Origin: Kondoa subrosea | Lineage: Eukaryota | DNA length: 64,000 nt | Reading direction: 5' to 3' | Assembly (NCBI GenBank): GCA_039545335.1 | Contig: BCIN01000006.1 | Coordinates: 496,001-560,000 of the forward strand | Shown: positions 48,776 to 63,831 of the stretch, piece after piece | Position numbering within the stretch: the first letter of the stretch is position 1 | Layout of the letters: every line of letters starts with the position of its first letter | Program-made: the position numbers and the translations under genes | Notes under the pieces: generated by a model | Seen by the model: the letters and a program-made list of their open reading frames with translations, nothing else | Database searches by the model: none | Told to the model about the DNA's origin: nothing

Positions 48776-51699
48776 ATGTCTACTGGGTCAGTCTCACCCT
48801 TTCGACTTGCTGTACTTAAACTGACTAAGCCTAAGCAGATTGAACGAACATACCCTTGAAGGAGCCTTCGACCCATCTATTTCTCAATCTACACGCAAAC
48901 GCTCTTTCGCTGAATACGGCAGCGAGTCTACTACTTCATCGCCAATGCAAGCTTCGGCTTCTGGCTCAAGCGTATACTCGCAATCTCCTCATAGTAGCAA
49001 TCCTTTCGGTTCTCCTCCTTCTTACGCTACCTCACCGCCTACTTCACCTGATACACATTGTTCTCCGCTTCTACCTGCTGCCAAATTAGAACCAGTCGAA
49101 TCTACCCTACCTTTTGGTCCAGCTTTCGATGAAAATCGCCCAGGTCCTTTCGATTCCCTCTTGACCACTACCCCTAAAGCTGAATCGAAGCCTGATATCA
49201 AGAGACGTAAAACGACTCCTGCTGATTTGGTAATTAATGGTACTTCGCCTGGGAAATCACCAAGGAGAAGTCCTGAAAGAAGGGTTAACGGCAAGGATGG
49301 GGAAGAAGTTTGGTCAACTGAAGTAGAAAGAGCTTTTGAAGAAGGTCACTTTCAAATGGGCTGACTGTCTATTGAGTGATGGGACTGATACTTGATTTCC
49401 GTACAGCATTGGAAATCGTTCCAAGAATGGGAAGACGAAAAGTCATGGTCAATCACAAAGCTTGTGGACGAAATGAATTGATTGCGGACTACATCCATCG
49501 CAAGACTGGAAAGACTCGTACCCGCAAACAGGTTTCCAGTCATATTCAGGTTCTCAAGAATCTTCGAAAAGATGATGCTGAATGTAAGTGTACAAGTCCA
49601 TTCTGTACAAATAGTGCTCATGAGTTCGTGGTAGTCATGAGGCTTGTTGCTGATGGCATTGAAGGTGTAGACGATACTTTTACTGCAGAAGCCATCCGAA
49701 GATTCGGCGTGGATGTGCAAGAATTGGTCGGATCACCTTCAGCCTCTCCTCGTTCCCCTCGCTCCTCACCTCGAGCTGCATCGATGAAGGCAACCAAGAG
49801 TGAAACTCGTTTAACACCCTTCTTGAGCAATCTTCCACCTGCGCCAAACATGATGTACCGCTCAAGTTCATGCGGTCCTCTGTCACCAGCTTTATCAGAT
49901 TGTTCCTCTGTGCAATCTTCCTCAGTACCGTCAGCTTTCGGCTCGCCCTTTTCCTCTGGTACACCCTTCTCTTCCGCTCCTGCTTTGGCTTCAGCTTTTA
50001 GAGACACTTCTTTCAGCTTTGGTAGCACTTCAACAAAGCAAGCTGGTGTCCCACTTCTGCCTTCTGACTTGATCATCAAGGGAAAACTAGTCGGTAAAGG
50101 TCAAGATCATATCTTTGCCAAACTCGATCTGGACAAGAACTCAGACGCAGTCACTAAAACCGTCGACATCGAAGACTTGAAGGACTTCTCTACTCGATTT
50201 CCTGGCGTAGCTTCAATGCACGACCATATGCCTTGTCAATTCTTGCACGTTAAGGTCAATTTGGTCGTACCCAGAGCGGAAGATGGGGAGAGTGTGCTTG
50301 ATATTGCTGTCGGATTGTACTTGAGCGGTCAAGAGGAGATGGCTTTGCAAGCAGTCACCACTGTTTTCCAAGATGGAGAACCTGTCAATACTTTGCTGGA
50401 GAGTTTGCCTGCAGGTATGTTGCATTCTTCTAGCAACTCGTGCAAACGACTGATGCCACTTGCTACAGCTGAACCTTTGTCTGGCATGAATGAAGACGCA
50501 ACTTCTTCACCTGGTCTCAATGTATCGAAAACACATCGCTTCGCTTATAAAGCCCCTTTCATGAACGACTTTTGGCCAAACTATCTTGGTTCCTCTCTCG
50601 ACTCTCACGGAATGCCCTTGGACCAGATTGCAAACAACTTTTCCAAAAATCCAGCCCAAAGAGCTACTCTCAAAACCGATGTAGCGACCATTACTTGCGT
50701 TCAAGAATTCCTCGTACCAGCAGAAGAGAGCTCTACTTCTCCTCTGATCAATGTCAGTGCAGGAAGTGGCTACGGCAATGTCGTCTTGGTCGTGCTTTAC
50801 GAATTTGGTTTGCTCGATCTACCTAGCAAGATGGCACCTCAGAACACAGCTCAAGTGTCCATTATCTCTCGTGAAAGTATGCCACCAGCTTCGACCAGTC
50901 TGGATCGACCAGCTGGTTCCACGCCGGTTCCTCGAAGATCCTCGATGTTCTCTCATAGGTGAGCTTCTGTTTGCGCATAGATCGGTTTGCGATCTGACCA
51001 TCCCGTGACAGATCAAGTAGTGAAAGCATTCCATGCGAGCAAGTTCTCCCCTTGATCAATGGAACAGCAATTCCTCAAATCAAGCTCGAAGAACAAGCAG
51101 ATATTCAGCCAGCACTACAAAAAGCCAGCGGCCATCGGAGCACGCGATCCATTGGCAAACCTAACCTCTCTCTACATATTCCTCTCCCATCTTTGTCATT
51201 AACTGCACCTCTTCATACACCTCTACCGGAAGAAATGGGCAAGGATGGTGTTTCAGCTGGACCTGTCTTGCCACCTATGCTCAAACCAAGTTCTCCTGGG
51301 TCTCGTCGTCGTTTGGCTCGAGTTTGGAAGCAGCAATCGGGTGATTTCAATTTGGATTCTCCAGCTTTACAAACCTCTTTCCGCGGTGAAGACCTCGAAT
51401 TACCTTCTTCCACTTCTTCTTCTTCTGCCAGTACTGCCGGAACAGTTGCTCAAGGCGTCAATCGACTCTCTTGGATGACGGCAGACGCAATGAGTTTGCC
51501 TACACCGAATTTTGGCGGATCTTATGCTTCTGCTAATTTCGGTGGATTACCAATGGGAACCCCCTTCCACAAAGCAGCAACAACTACTGCTGGACCTTCA
51601 CAATCAGATTACTTCAACATTGCTCGCCCTTCGACCGCTCAAAGTGGTGATTCTGGCGACTATTTTGCGTCTTTCGTGAAATATGAAGAAGAAGATTAG
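48776..51699 (+). CDS. TEA/ATTS-domain transcription factor (Tec1/AbaA family)
   Basis: [25 protein letters not shown]...[32 protein letters not shown]. Confidence 0.92.
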
Positions 51700-51968
51700 A
51701 AGAAGAAGGAAGCACAGCGCTTGGGATCGTGTATGTTTGTTGTTTCTTGATGTATGCATCTGTTCTCTCTCTCCTCGTTGTTTTTGCTTGCATCATGTAT
51801 GATTAGTAATACACTTCAAAAATTTGCATTGAATAACATTGTCGTTATGTAATCTCATCTTACTGCTGTGACCATTGTATCGCTTCCCATACTAGAAGTA
51901 GACGAGTTTCGACGCGCGAGAGAAAGGTTTTTCAATTTTTTCAAGTTCTTTCTCAGCTTCAAGCAGTC

Positions 51969-54900
51969 ATGTCTGACTTATACACAGCTCTTTGGAGTCC
52001 ACAAGTAGATACCAGGCTTGAAGCCGCTGCAAAGATATCTCAGCAAGAGGATTCAGCTTATACCCTGAGTCGCTTGCTTGCAGGTCTCCAATCACATCGA
52101 GATTATTCTCGACTTGGGTTCAGCGTTGCCTTGACTGAATTGTTGCAACGCAAGTCAGCCAACGCAGAAGAAACGGAAGCTCTGCTTGAACAGCTTCTGT
52201 CTTCTAATCAAGTCTCGAGTTCGCATAAGGGTCACGAAGAACGGAATCAACTGTTTGCTCGATTGTTTGGGTTGCAAGCTTTCGTTCAAGCTGGACTAGC
52301 TACAATATCTGTGGATGTATTAAGAAAGATTGCCAGCGAAACCTATGATTTATGGAAAAGCAAAAGCTGGTTGAAGGAATCTGCTGGTCATGTCATGGTG
52401 GAATTGTTGTCACGGTGTCTTCCTACTTCATCATCGTTGCCCGGTTGGAGAGATGTGATCTATCAAGTCATCTTTGAGGGAAAGGAGAAAGATTGGTCTG
52501 CGGAAAAACTGGCTTGGATTCTCGTACTTTCGCAAGATCAAGATAAATCTAGATGGAACGCAATCATGAAAGAACATTTTTTATCCAATGATATCCTCAG
52601 TCAAGAAGCTTTGCCCGCTCTCGCCAAAATACTGAGAGTCAGTTCCAATTTCAAAGTGGCATGCAAGTACTTAAACGTGTTATCAGGGAGTGGATTCTTC
52701 ATCAGATACAAGCAGTGGCCGACTTCACTTTGTTTTCCCGCTCCTATTCGCCAAAGCAGCTTCTTCACCTAATTTCCAGCAATTTTACCAAACCTGCGTA
52801 TCAGATAATTTCGCTTCCTTGTCATCAAGCACTGCTCATAAACATCTTCTTCTGCAAATCCTTTCATACTTATTCTCTCTAGAAGCTTTGCCAATGTCGT
52901 CCAAACCGGAACTCATTACTCCTGATGTTCAGAGATTGCTCATCAACCATTTGTCAAGCACTTCAAAGGGTAAAAAAGTACTTGGAGGTATGGCCAGTGA
53001 GGTTGTATGTTATAGGTTCTTTTGCTGCGATGCTCTACGTTCATACCGTATTGGTCTTTTTTAGGTCAAGAAGATTCCAGCTTCAGTTCAATCAGACGAA
53101 GAATCTCAAAAAGCTGCTCTACAATATATCAAGAAACTACTCCTTCTAGAATCAAATTTGACCGAATTGGTCTCGTTTGATGTTGCGACTAAAACAAAAA
53201 CCGTTGATGCGATAGTCAATGCGCTCGACAAACACAGAACTGAAGAGTATATTGAATTAATGAAGAATGTCTTGCTGGCTTCTGCTACTATAGTGCAAAC
53301 AGAGGGAGAAGATCCGGAAGAAGCTGAATTGTGAGTGCAAAGTATCATTAATCTGAGCTGGAAGAGTATTGATCGTGTATATGCAACTGTAGAAGCAAGA
53401 AATCTACCGAAAAGACTTGTCGCTTTGCCATTGAACAGCTAGCCTCGATCGTCCGAAGGAAAGCTCGAGGATCCGAACAGCCGACTTGGGCTCTTGATGT
53501 GCTACATTTCCTGCTCATGCAAGGATTTTTCCAAGCTAAAGCTAGCAAGAAGGCAAAGGTGATGTTCTTCCCGTGCACAATGGGCATTTTGGCTCATTAA
53601 ATTTAGATCGCGAGCCCTTCTCTGAGTTCGACAATGCAAGAACTCTGCAGAACGCGTGCTCTGACTGTGCTTGCCGATCTCAATGCCCAACATCCTAAAT
53701 CTGCTGCCTCAACTCTGTCCAGCTTTACTGACAAATTCGCCTCACTCGACGCTTCAAAGACTCTCAAAAGAATTCAGCCTGATTCGGAAGGGGTTGCAGA
53801 ATCTCGAAAGACCGTTGAAGCTTTAGCAGAGTCAATAAAGAATAGTCAGCCTGTAAGTCTCTTGTCAGTCTCGAAGACCTCAACGGATGCTGATGATTTG
53901 TCCAGGCGCTGTATCTTCTGTCTCTGACAATTTTAGTGCTGTCCTACGAGGACCAAGGCGGTTTCTCATCTTTGGCGGAAGCTCTTGCAGATGTCATCAC
54001 CTCTCTTGCTAATGCAAACCCACCCGTTACACCTATAACACCTACTGTGGCTTCTGATAACGGAGAAGAAGGAGAAGAAGCTGAACCAACAGCTGTGCTA
54101 ATGGATTTCCTTCTTGTTCTGCTCAGGAGGAATGCACCTTACCTCAAGATAGCTGATCAGGTCTTTGCGCAATATACTTCCCAGATGGGTGAACAAGCTA
54201 TTCAACTACTTTGCGAGGTGAGAGAGAGGAGGTGGATTCTAGCATTGGAATAGGGTGGCTGATTTATTACTGTATAGCAATTTGCACCAGATGAAGATGA
54301 ATTAGTAGAGGAAGAAGAACAAGATGCAGAAGATGTGGAAATGGATGGCAAAACAGATACTGCAGTTGCATCAGAAAGTGACTCGGATAGCGACAACACG
54401 GCCTCTGCAGCTCAGGACGAAGAGGAGAACGATATTGATTTGGACGTCGATCCAGAACTAAGGGATAAAGTGGCTGCCGCACTTGGCATGGCCGGTTTCG
54501 CTGCGAATGAGGATGAAGAATCCGATGAAGAGGAGATTCTGCTAGATGATGATCAGATGATGGCTTTGGATGATCAGCTTGCTGCCGCTTTTGCAGCACA
54601 TCCAAATATGACTAGGAAGGCAGCTAAAGGTAAGTCAAGCGATGGCTGTTCTGTAACATTACTAACATGTATATATAGATGCAAAAGCAGCCGATTTGCT
54701 TTCACAACAGCGCTCCCTCGACTTAGTCGAAATCTTCCTCAAGCGAGAATATGAAAGTCCCCTCGTACTCAAAATTGTTCTTGCGTTGTTCAACGTTGCT
54801 ACAAGGTCACAAGAGACTGACGAAGTGGAACTGATAGCCAAAGCCACGAGAATACTGAAGACTGCTGTTTCTAGCCCAAGATCTACACCTACTAATCTTT

Positions 54901-55727
54901 CTGCCGACAAATCCCTTTCAGCCCTCAAACTATTCCACAGCACCGCTTCTCGAAGCCCCTCTCCGGAAATCACGAGTCTTTGCAGTCTTTGTAGCATTTT
55001 CCTCTGCCGTTCCATATTGCCCGAAGCGATCAATGAAGTTGTGGCGCTTTACCGGTCTTCTCTGACAGATTTCAATACCCGGAAGAACACGAAGATTTCA
55101 CCTGTACTTGTTAGCGACTTTGTACGAAAGTTCCCATTCGCTGCCTGGACAATGCGAAGCGATATAATCAAGGGTTGCGACGAAGCGAATGTGAAGCCCT
55201 ATCGTCGCTTACAAAGTGCACAGCTTTTGGAAACTCTGGCAACATCACTACTTGCTCAGGTATGTCTTTTCAGACTTCTCCGATCGTATTGTATTTACTC
55301 GTTTTTTCCTTAGCAACCCAAACAAGGCTCCAACGAACTTCAGGAGCTATCACAAATATCAGGACCAGCCCTGTTCAGTATCATTACGGCAGCTCTTTCT
55401 GCTGAAAAGCCAGACTTTGATGTCGCTCGCCTCAAAGATGTACTCAAGGTCACATTAAATACCGGTCGTGCAACCAAACCGAGATCAGAAGATGCATCGA
55501 CACTGTCCGCTTGGCAAGCAGCCTTCATAGAACAAGCAAAGACTGCGCGAGATCAATGGAAGACGAGCCCGGTATTCAAGTCTTCTGCATCAATTGACGG
55601 CTTGTTGCAGCAAATATCTGGGTTGGCGCAAGTGACGAAGAAACGGAAAGCCAGTCAAGATCGATCGATGGGCGATCAGCAACCCACGACTACGAAAAAG
55701 AAACGAAAGCAGAAACAGACACAGTAG
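51969..55727 (+). CDS. POL5: Pol5 / DNA polymerase phi (MYBBP1A-like rRNA biogenesis factor)
   Basis: YTLSRLLAGLQSHRDYSRLGFSVALTELL, EERNQLFARLFGL, KSWLKESA, and acidic LDDDQMMALDDQLAAAF. Confidence 0.88.
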
Positions 55728-55743
55728 ATAGGTCAAGTGTACA

Positions 55744-58700
55744 CTAGTCGTTTGTATATTGGAGCAGGTGTAGTAGAGCATCTCCTGCTTGAGCAGAGGT
55801 CTCCTCGTTATCTTCCAAACTTTCCAATAATCGCTTGGCAGCATTTGCAGTCCTTCTGGATTCTGTCAAACTTTCCATATCTTTTGCTCGCTCGTAGGCT
55901 TCTTCGTACACACTCGAGGGCAATCCTGCTAATCGCGCAACGTTGAGACTGGATTACGAGTTGAGTTTGTGGGCACGTAGTATTCACATGGAGACCTACC
56001 CGTGCGATTTGAGAGCGGCACCTTGTACGAGTTTGAAGAGAAAAGTGATTTCTCTATGCTATATTAGCGAACTCAAGCTAGGCATGATGAGCACACATAC
56101 GGGATAGCTTGCTGCCTCTGACTCTCCAGAAACTGCATGTGGAAAGGTTTGCAGCTGTCAGGTAGACCTTTCTCGTTGACCAGTTGCGCGTAGTGCTAAA
56201 ATCTACCTTGAGAAATGTATGAGGGCAAAGGCCAAAGGCGTGTTGCACCCACAGTTATGAAGATTGTATGAGCTCGAACTTGGGTGCACAAATAATTCAA
56301 AGTTGCGGCAGCAATAGCAAGTCCATCTAACAAGCGGATCAGTCACTTGATCTCGCCTCTCGAACCAGTGAATCCATACCAAATGTACTGGAACCTCGAC
56401 CTGTGATAAGCATTAGTATTGATCAGCAAGATGCGCACAAGTCTCTCTAACCCAATTCGTCTAAGATTACTAGCGATTTCGGTGTCGCCAGCTTAAGGAT
56501 CTCGCTGGTCTCTGATAGTTCAACCATAAAAGTTGATCTCCCTCGAGATAGGTCGTCAGATGCGCCCATCTACCAATGTTCAGTGACGCAACAAAGTGTA
56601 AAAGGTTCTCACGCTCACTCTTGTGAATACGGCCTGTTGAAGTGCTAGTAAGATATGTCAAATCGCCTTAGTATGAACTTACATCAAACACTCCGAGACT
56701 ACACTTTTCAGCCGGTACATAGCAACCAATCTGAGCCATGATGGTGATGAGCGCGACCTGAGGTACAGTCCTCCAGCCTCTAGGTTGCAACGATCTTAGC
56801 AGACTTACCATTCTCGCGAGCGAAGATTTCCCGCCTGATGATAAGTAGTCCAGCCTCAAAATGGCAATGATGTTAGCGAGCTTACCAGCATTACTTCCTG
56901 ACAATACCATGGTCTCCAATTCATCTTTCTTGAAGCACACGTCATTAGGTACATAAGGATCCTCGCTCAGTACTTCGCCAAGCGGATGCCGTGCTTGAAC
57001 CAACTCGAGTAGATAATCGTCGACAAGTTTGGGTTTGCAGTCTGAGGGAATGTTTATGAGGTGGATTTCTTATCTACGCAAGACACTTACAGCCATCGCG
57101 TAACGCAGTTGATGCGAGAGAAATGAGGCAGTCAACTTGAGATAGCGCTCGAATAACTTTGCGAAGGCTGTCACTATTAGCTGAGATACGTCTACAGACT
57201 CATCAGGATGGAGACAGTCTGAGAAGAACCGTTACTCACTTCAGATACGTTTGAAACGACGCTTCGCAAACCGATGCTAATCTTTCTAACCCTTGGTTTC
57301 GCTCGTCTACCAATTTCTGTACATCCTCGGTACGGTATCGATATACTTGTTTTGTGGAATTGATCTTAGTCCAAGTATTAGGTACTTTTGATGACTCGCT
57401 GATGCGCTAGTCCAAGATAGGTTAGAGCCATACGGACGGACTCTTTAGAGGCAGCATACCACTTCCACCAGATAATCATCGCTAGCAATCGATACATATT
57501 GCAGACTTGGCTTTTTGAGGAAAGTACGGATCTCCTTGAGCTTTTGATCCAGCTCGATATCGACGAAAGAGACATTCTTCATGCAAACTTCAGCGAATTA
57601 TTCCAGAAATTGGCACTGTGATGCCACATACATCTTTGGCATCATCTATTTCGGTAAAGACTTCCGGTTTGAAAAGATTCTCTTTGCTCCCTTCTTTAGC
57701 CGCTTTCTGATCCAAATCAGCTAAAAGCTTCTCAATGAGTTCCTTGATTGTGGGAAGTATAGCTATAGCTTGATTGAGCAAAACCGAATCGAAACCATTT
57801 GCTTCACCAGGCTTGAAATCCGCAGAAATTCTCAAGAAAGCCAATAGAATCTTGACAAGTTCTTGAGGTGTGCAACGACCATAATGAATTCTAGCCAACC
57901 CGCGTTCTAAATCAGGCAGATTACTCAATAGCCCTCGCAATTTGCCTAATCGATAATCATTGCTTTCAGCAATTTCAGTCACGCAATCTAAACGTTCTTG
58001 CAAAGCTTTCAACTCGGTAAGTGGTCGACTGATCCATCTTCGAAGTTGACGTCGACCGAAAGCAGTCTTGCAATTGTCCAGTAGCCAAAAGAGTGATCCT
58101 CTTTCAGTATGATCTTGATCGTTTGTGAAGATGTCTAGATTTTGTAAGGTGTTCCCATTCAGAACCATTGAGACCGTATCGTTGAAATGCCTTAGATCTC
58201 CTTGGCGGAAGATATCAAGTAAGGAGAATTGCTTTAGATGCTTGACCAGGGCCGATGCGGCCATACTACTTCATAATGAGTACAAGGCGCGCCAAATTGA
58301 AAATTGACCTACACTACGCCTTCAGGCAATTCAGAAAGTTTCTCAATCATTGCAAGAGACTTGTCCTTGATATCTGCATCTTCACTTGAAGCAGAGTAGA
58401 AATCGATGAGATGGGTCAGCGCTTTTTGATAAACCAGCTTCTTTGGGACTTTTTCAGATCTAGTTGGCAAAGCACTTAAAAACTCATTAGTCTAAGTACT
58501 AGCGCAACTAGACAAATCTCACCTTGAATTGACAGTGCAATGCTTGATCATAGCAGCGCTTGCTTTACTCATGTCTTTTGATAGCACAACCTCAGTAGGT
58601 CTTAGATGAAGTAAACGAGTTTCCAATTCGTTGCGCATGAATGAATCGGCTTAGTCCAAGGTCATTCAATCCCTCGTTGCGAGGTAACACAAGACGACGA

Positions 58701-59771
58701 CTTACTGAAATTATCATAGACAAGATCACCTGTAGCAGGTTGAACAGCGACCAGACTAAGTTCCACTTTCTCATCTGTTCCTTTCCCGCCTAATAACTTT
58801 TCATGCAAGCACAAGATCGTTCCAGCCTGACCAACGTGTCCAGTAGTATCTTCCGTTTCTAAATCATCTACCCAAGTGGCAAGAGTATACAACTCAGTCA
58901 ATTTGCGTTCGAAAGGACCTGACTTGTTGTCGCCGACTTTCTTTAATGCGGCAGTTTCCGTTTGTCGGATCACACCAACTTTATGACCTGCTTGTAACAA
59001 ACGCTTGATATGGATGTGCAATCTTTGAGTAGGTACCATAGCGGAAAGGAAATGTTTGTCCATGTAACAAGCAATATTCAAGAGTTTCGAAGCAGTAGTT
59101 GCATCTTCACCAAAGAACTTGAATTTGTAACCAACTTCCATGATCAAAACAGTATCAGGATGTTGGGCTTTGATCTCCAAATATTGTTTCTCTAAAGGTG
59201 TGTAGACATCTTTTGCTTTGCCTTTTCCTTTCGGATCTGGTTTCAATGTAACAGCTTTCGCAACCTTTTCAACGGGTTCTTGAGTAGGTGCAAAGATGCT
59301 CTCTTGATCAAGATAGCCATGTGGACGAGACAATGGATTCTTTGGACCAAGCAATTTAGCTACAAAGCGTTCATGTCGTTTGATCTCCTTTTGAGACTTG
59401 GGAGGGGACAGAGAAGGAAGATGATCATCAGAAAGAGGTGCCTCTGTAGCAGCAGGGTCGATAGCAGCCGAAGAGGTACTTTGAGACGGTCCAGCTTCGA
59501 CAACTTGAGATGGAGTATACTTCCATTGAGCGAATGCTTGAGCTGTAGAAGCAGTGGATGTAGACACTTTCACCTTTTTGAGAACCGGCTGAGAACGAGG
59601 CTGCGGACTCAGAGCTCTCTTGAAAGTTGTTGGTCGAACATCATCATCATCAGAATCAAGCAGGATAGGATCGCTTGCTGTAGCTTTTAAAGGTGCAGCA
59701 CTGCTAGGATTCGTTGAAGAGCTGGCTTTCGGAGAGAAGAAGCTGCTCAATACAGTTTGCCCTTTTGACAT
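55744..59771 (-). CDS. MSH3: DNA mismatch repair protein Msh3
   Basis: N-terminal PIP box [15 protein letters not shown]...[13 protein letters not shown] (GYK typical of MSH3), QTETAALK, Walker A GSNAGGKSS, and ILDELGRGSST. Confidence 0.93.
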
Positions 59772-59947
59772 GAACGATCAAGAGCAAGCTGCATATTTAT
59801 GTTTGTGATCGAGTGAAGATAAGATAATACGACAGTAGTAAAATGTGAACACCAGATATAGTTATCGAGCTGGCCTGGAAACGAACGAAATACACGCGCA
59901 TATACAAGTCTATAGTTACAAAAGAAGGTCCATATATCTGCTCTAAT

Positions 59948-62900
59948 CTAATTGCCTCTCCAAATCGGCGCCTTGTAGCTCAGAACACTGTTGTGTCTAC
60001 CGAGCAGTTCCCCAGGATCGAGCCTGAAATTTGAAAGATCTGATGATACACTTGTTCGGAGTCTACGCGGAGAAGGAGATAGCTTGGTAGCTCCTGATTC
60101 CAATGCTGCTATCCGAGACTTGACTGAAGAAGGAGAAAGGTTAGCCATAGTCGAAAGATTGGGTTTGGTGATTGATTGCTGTGGCTGATGAGAATATTGC
60201 GAGGTGTATATATCTGGAGAATGTTGCATAGTTGCAGAGCCAGGTGGTGTGAAGATAGCAGAAGAAGGACTGCTGGCATTCGAATCAGAATCTGGGTTTG
60301 ACAAATCGGGAGGAGAAAGCAGTTCGACGTCAATTTGATTAGATCGAGAGCGAACGTGATCTCGAGGAGAGTGAGATAAGTTGAGCATGTCCACTGAAGG
60401 ACGATTTCTCAGATTTGGTACGGAAGGCTGTCGCAAGGCAGATTTGAGAACTCGCGGGGCAGGTGGGGAAGAGGTTGAAGGATTAGCGATGGTGAGGCGT
60501 CCTTTGATAGGCGATGCAGGTGTTGCGACAGCAAATGAGCCGCGACTTCCGGGCATGCTGCTTTGTTGTCTATTACCAGGGGAAAGAGGTGCAGATCTGG
60601 CCGCAGGCGAACGAGGCGACCTTGACTGAGATACAGAGGTAGCTCGTGCACGAAGGGGAGAAGCTGAGGAAGATTGGGTAATAACGACGCGATGTTGCGT
60701 TACCGATGAGATGGAGGATCCGGATGGCAAGCGTTGCATTACTTGACTAGCTGCGGTATCCAAGACGCAATCAATTTCATCTTCCGAGTCTTCATTGAAC
60801 AAGAAGGGTTCAATCTGTGGATGGTTCTGCTCATACTCATCTGGAATATCATCCAATTCATCTAGCTGTACCGAGTCTTGCACTGGCATGTTTTGAGATG
60901 GATTAATTTGATGATGAGGCGGAAACGGTTCAGGTACAATATCAGGTACATATTGTACTTGTTCTTGGATGATTTCTTGTCGTAAGCCACTCATGCTTCG
61001 TTGATGACCAACTCGTCGAGAAGTAGCGCTAGCTATGGCCGAAGTAATGCATTCCAAAGACATTTGATGCTTCAGCTGTCGCTCCTGAGCTTGAAGGACT
61101 ACAGGATGAGGGTTCTCTTCATGTCGAGCTGGCAATGATAGAGTTCGAGCCATATCTATCGCTGGCGCACCAATTTGCATGCTTTGTTGGGAACCAAGCA
61201 GCTGCATGTCATTGTTTCCGTGATCATAGATCTGATTGAGGTCGGAAAGGCGAAGAGAATCCATTGAAATAGCTCGATCATGCAAAGTCTGAGCGGTCGG
61301 GAGTTCGAGCTTCTTGGGTCGAGGTGCTCGAAGCTCATCTATACTCCAAGATCGAGCAAGTTTGCGATGTTGCTGCTGTTCAATAATCGGAGATAATTCC
61401 GGCGCAATGTGACCAGGAGGTGGATCCAGGGAAACGAAATTGACCACTCGGACTGGAAGGTCGACTGAAATATCCGTAGATAAAGAAGCACTTGCAGAGA
61501 TTTTCAGGGCGTAGGTCACTTCGATATATTGGCCACGAGTGATTGTCAAGGCATCAGCCTACAAGAATCGTCAGATCGATCCAAGACCTTACTGTGACAG
61601 AGAAGCTTACTGGAATCAACAGCGAGTGCGAGAATTCTGACTCCTCTTCCTTGTCTACTCCAAGCCACATGCCTTTAGCAGTCACATCTCCCTTCGCACC
61701 TTTCTTGCCTACTTCCAGAATCGTTTCTGCAACCTTTTTGCGAGAAGTATTGGCATCATTGATTGCTTCTTTACCATCTGCTGAAATGCGAAAGATAACA
61801 GTAGTTTTCACGAGGGAAATGTTCAAACTCTTGATTTTTTTCGTTGACCCATTCTTGACACTGATGGTGATGTAACATCTTTGGCCAGCGACCCAAGTGG
61901 CACGATGTACGCTAGCGCTGAGTTCCACTTTGCCTGAACCGCCGAGGAACATGTTTTTGCTTTCCGTATTGACAATAGGTTTTAGGGCTGAAGCAAGAGT
62001 TAAGGCTGGGTTGAGATACGGATAGACTTCGACATCTCGGTAGAAGTGAGCAATAGATCGAGCGGAACCATCTTTATTTTTGAGTTTCATTGAGCTGTAT
62101 CAACCTGCTTAGCCAAGAAGTTGAGTAGCTAGGGTGCTGTACTCACCCAATGACGATATACTTGACAACACCTTGTTTGCTCTTCAAACAACCTTTTGCA
62201 CCTTTCCCAACCGGCAAACGCATTTGAAAGGGGAAAGAGTGCGCGCCAGTATTGCCTTTGAAGAAACCCTCTTCATCCGGCTGAGAATCAAAGCAAGGTA
62301 AAGTTTTCGCCATCTTCCCTTGATCGCCTATGCTATCGACAACAACGGCGTGATGGTAGAAGATGTGACGAGCACCAGAAGTGAGCTCTGTCGTATCAAT
62401 TAGTACTTCGACCATTGCAAGCTAAAATAAAAGAAGGTAAAGCTCACCCTCAAAGCCAACGATCCTAGCTTTCGGACAACCGATCCAGACTTCTCCTTCT
62501 CTAGTACTTCTTACTCTCACTTCCATTTTGCCCTTGAGTAGACCACCTTCCACAACTAAATTGCTGTCCAGAACCACATCCAATTCCACTCTAGCTTTAG
62601 TTTTCGCTTGTTCCAATATGACCGTGCTTGGTTTTCTGGTCAACGTATGTTCTGTACCAGCTGAAGAGCCATTAGAAACAGAAGAAGCAGTAGGAAGGGT
62701 CGGTGAAGCTTGAGAAGCTTCTGCTAAAGTTTTCTTGCTATTGCTTGGTGCTAGTAAACGATTGAGTTCTCTTTGTCTTTTCACTGGGTTGGCTCCTGCT
62801 GATAAGAGAGTGCTTTGACGTTGTAATGGACCAGAAGATATAGCAGAAGAGGATGATGCGATAGAAGGTTCTCCAATGATACTGCCTGGAACTGGAATAC

Positions 62901-63831
62901 TGTCTTGAGAGGTGGGAGGGCTGATAACAGGAGGCATTTGCACTTGAGGTACTAGTTTGGCAGCTCGGGCGGCGGCCATTTCTGCTGCTGAAGTATAAGA
63001 GGAAGCGGTTGTTGAGGAGGAAGTAGCTGGAGATGCTTCGCTGTCCAATTGAGAAGAGGCGGGAACATCGACAGCTTGCATCCTCTGTAGGTCGATGGAG
63101 TTGGATCTTGGTCGCTGAGCTGCTTGCATGTTGGACAGATGCGAAAGTTCCATCATAGATTGTGGCCGACTGAGAGTTTGCGCTCGCATTCCAGCAGGCC
63201 TGCTTTCGATAACGACTGTTTCGCCATGTAAGTCACTGTAGCTTTTTGTAGTTTGCACGCCTTGATGTGATTGAGATCGGGCATGCATTGTCTGAGGACC
63301 GCCATATCGAGATGGAAAGTCTTGCTGCGATAGAGAACGTTGGTGCTGTCTCATTTCAGCTGATCTTGCAATGCTGGATAGCTGATTGAGAGATTGAACA
63401 TGTCGCATGTTATGAATTGAGGCAGAACGGGATAAACTTTCACTTCGTTGACGTTGATTCATTGCAGGCCTTTGCTGCTGCTGATAGTGGTGTTCTTCAA
63501 GTTGATGCTGGACGGTCATCGAATCCGCTTCCTCATCCAACGGTTCAGCCGAGCTGTCTCCTTGATATTCATACTCTTCTTCCCCCTCATCCTCATCATA
63601 AGAATCATCTCCGAGCACAATAGGCGTAGAGTCATCTATCCTAGCCCTTCGTTGACCGCTTGATGTTGTTGAAGGGATGCTTGCAACTGAAGTCGGTCTT
63701 TCAGGTAGCGGTCTTTTCAGAACTGAAGCCAAGTGACCAGATCCGCCTCTTTGCAAGCAAGTGACCAAAGGATTGGGTGCAGGCACCTCAGGCGAAAGAG
63801 GTGGGTCGAAATTGATGCCTAAGCCTTCCAT
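59948..63831 (-). CDS. Arrestin-domain protein with long disordered N- and C-terminal regions
   Basis: ARVELDVVLDSNLVVEGGLLKG, HSFPFQMRLP, VVKYIVI, FLGGSGKVELSASVHRATWVAGQ, IEVTYALKI, VDLPVRVVNFVSLDPPP. Confidence 0.8.
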
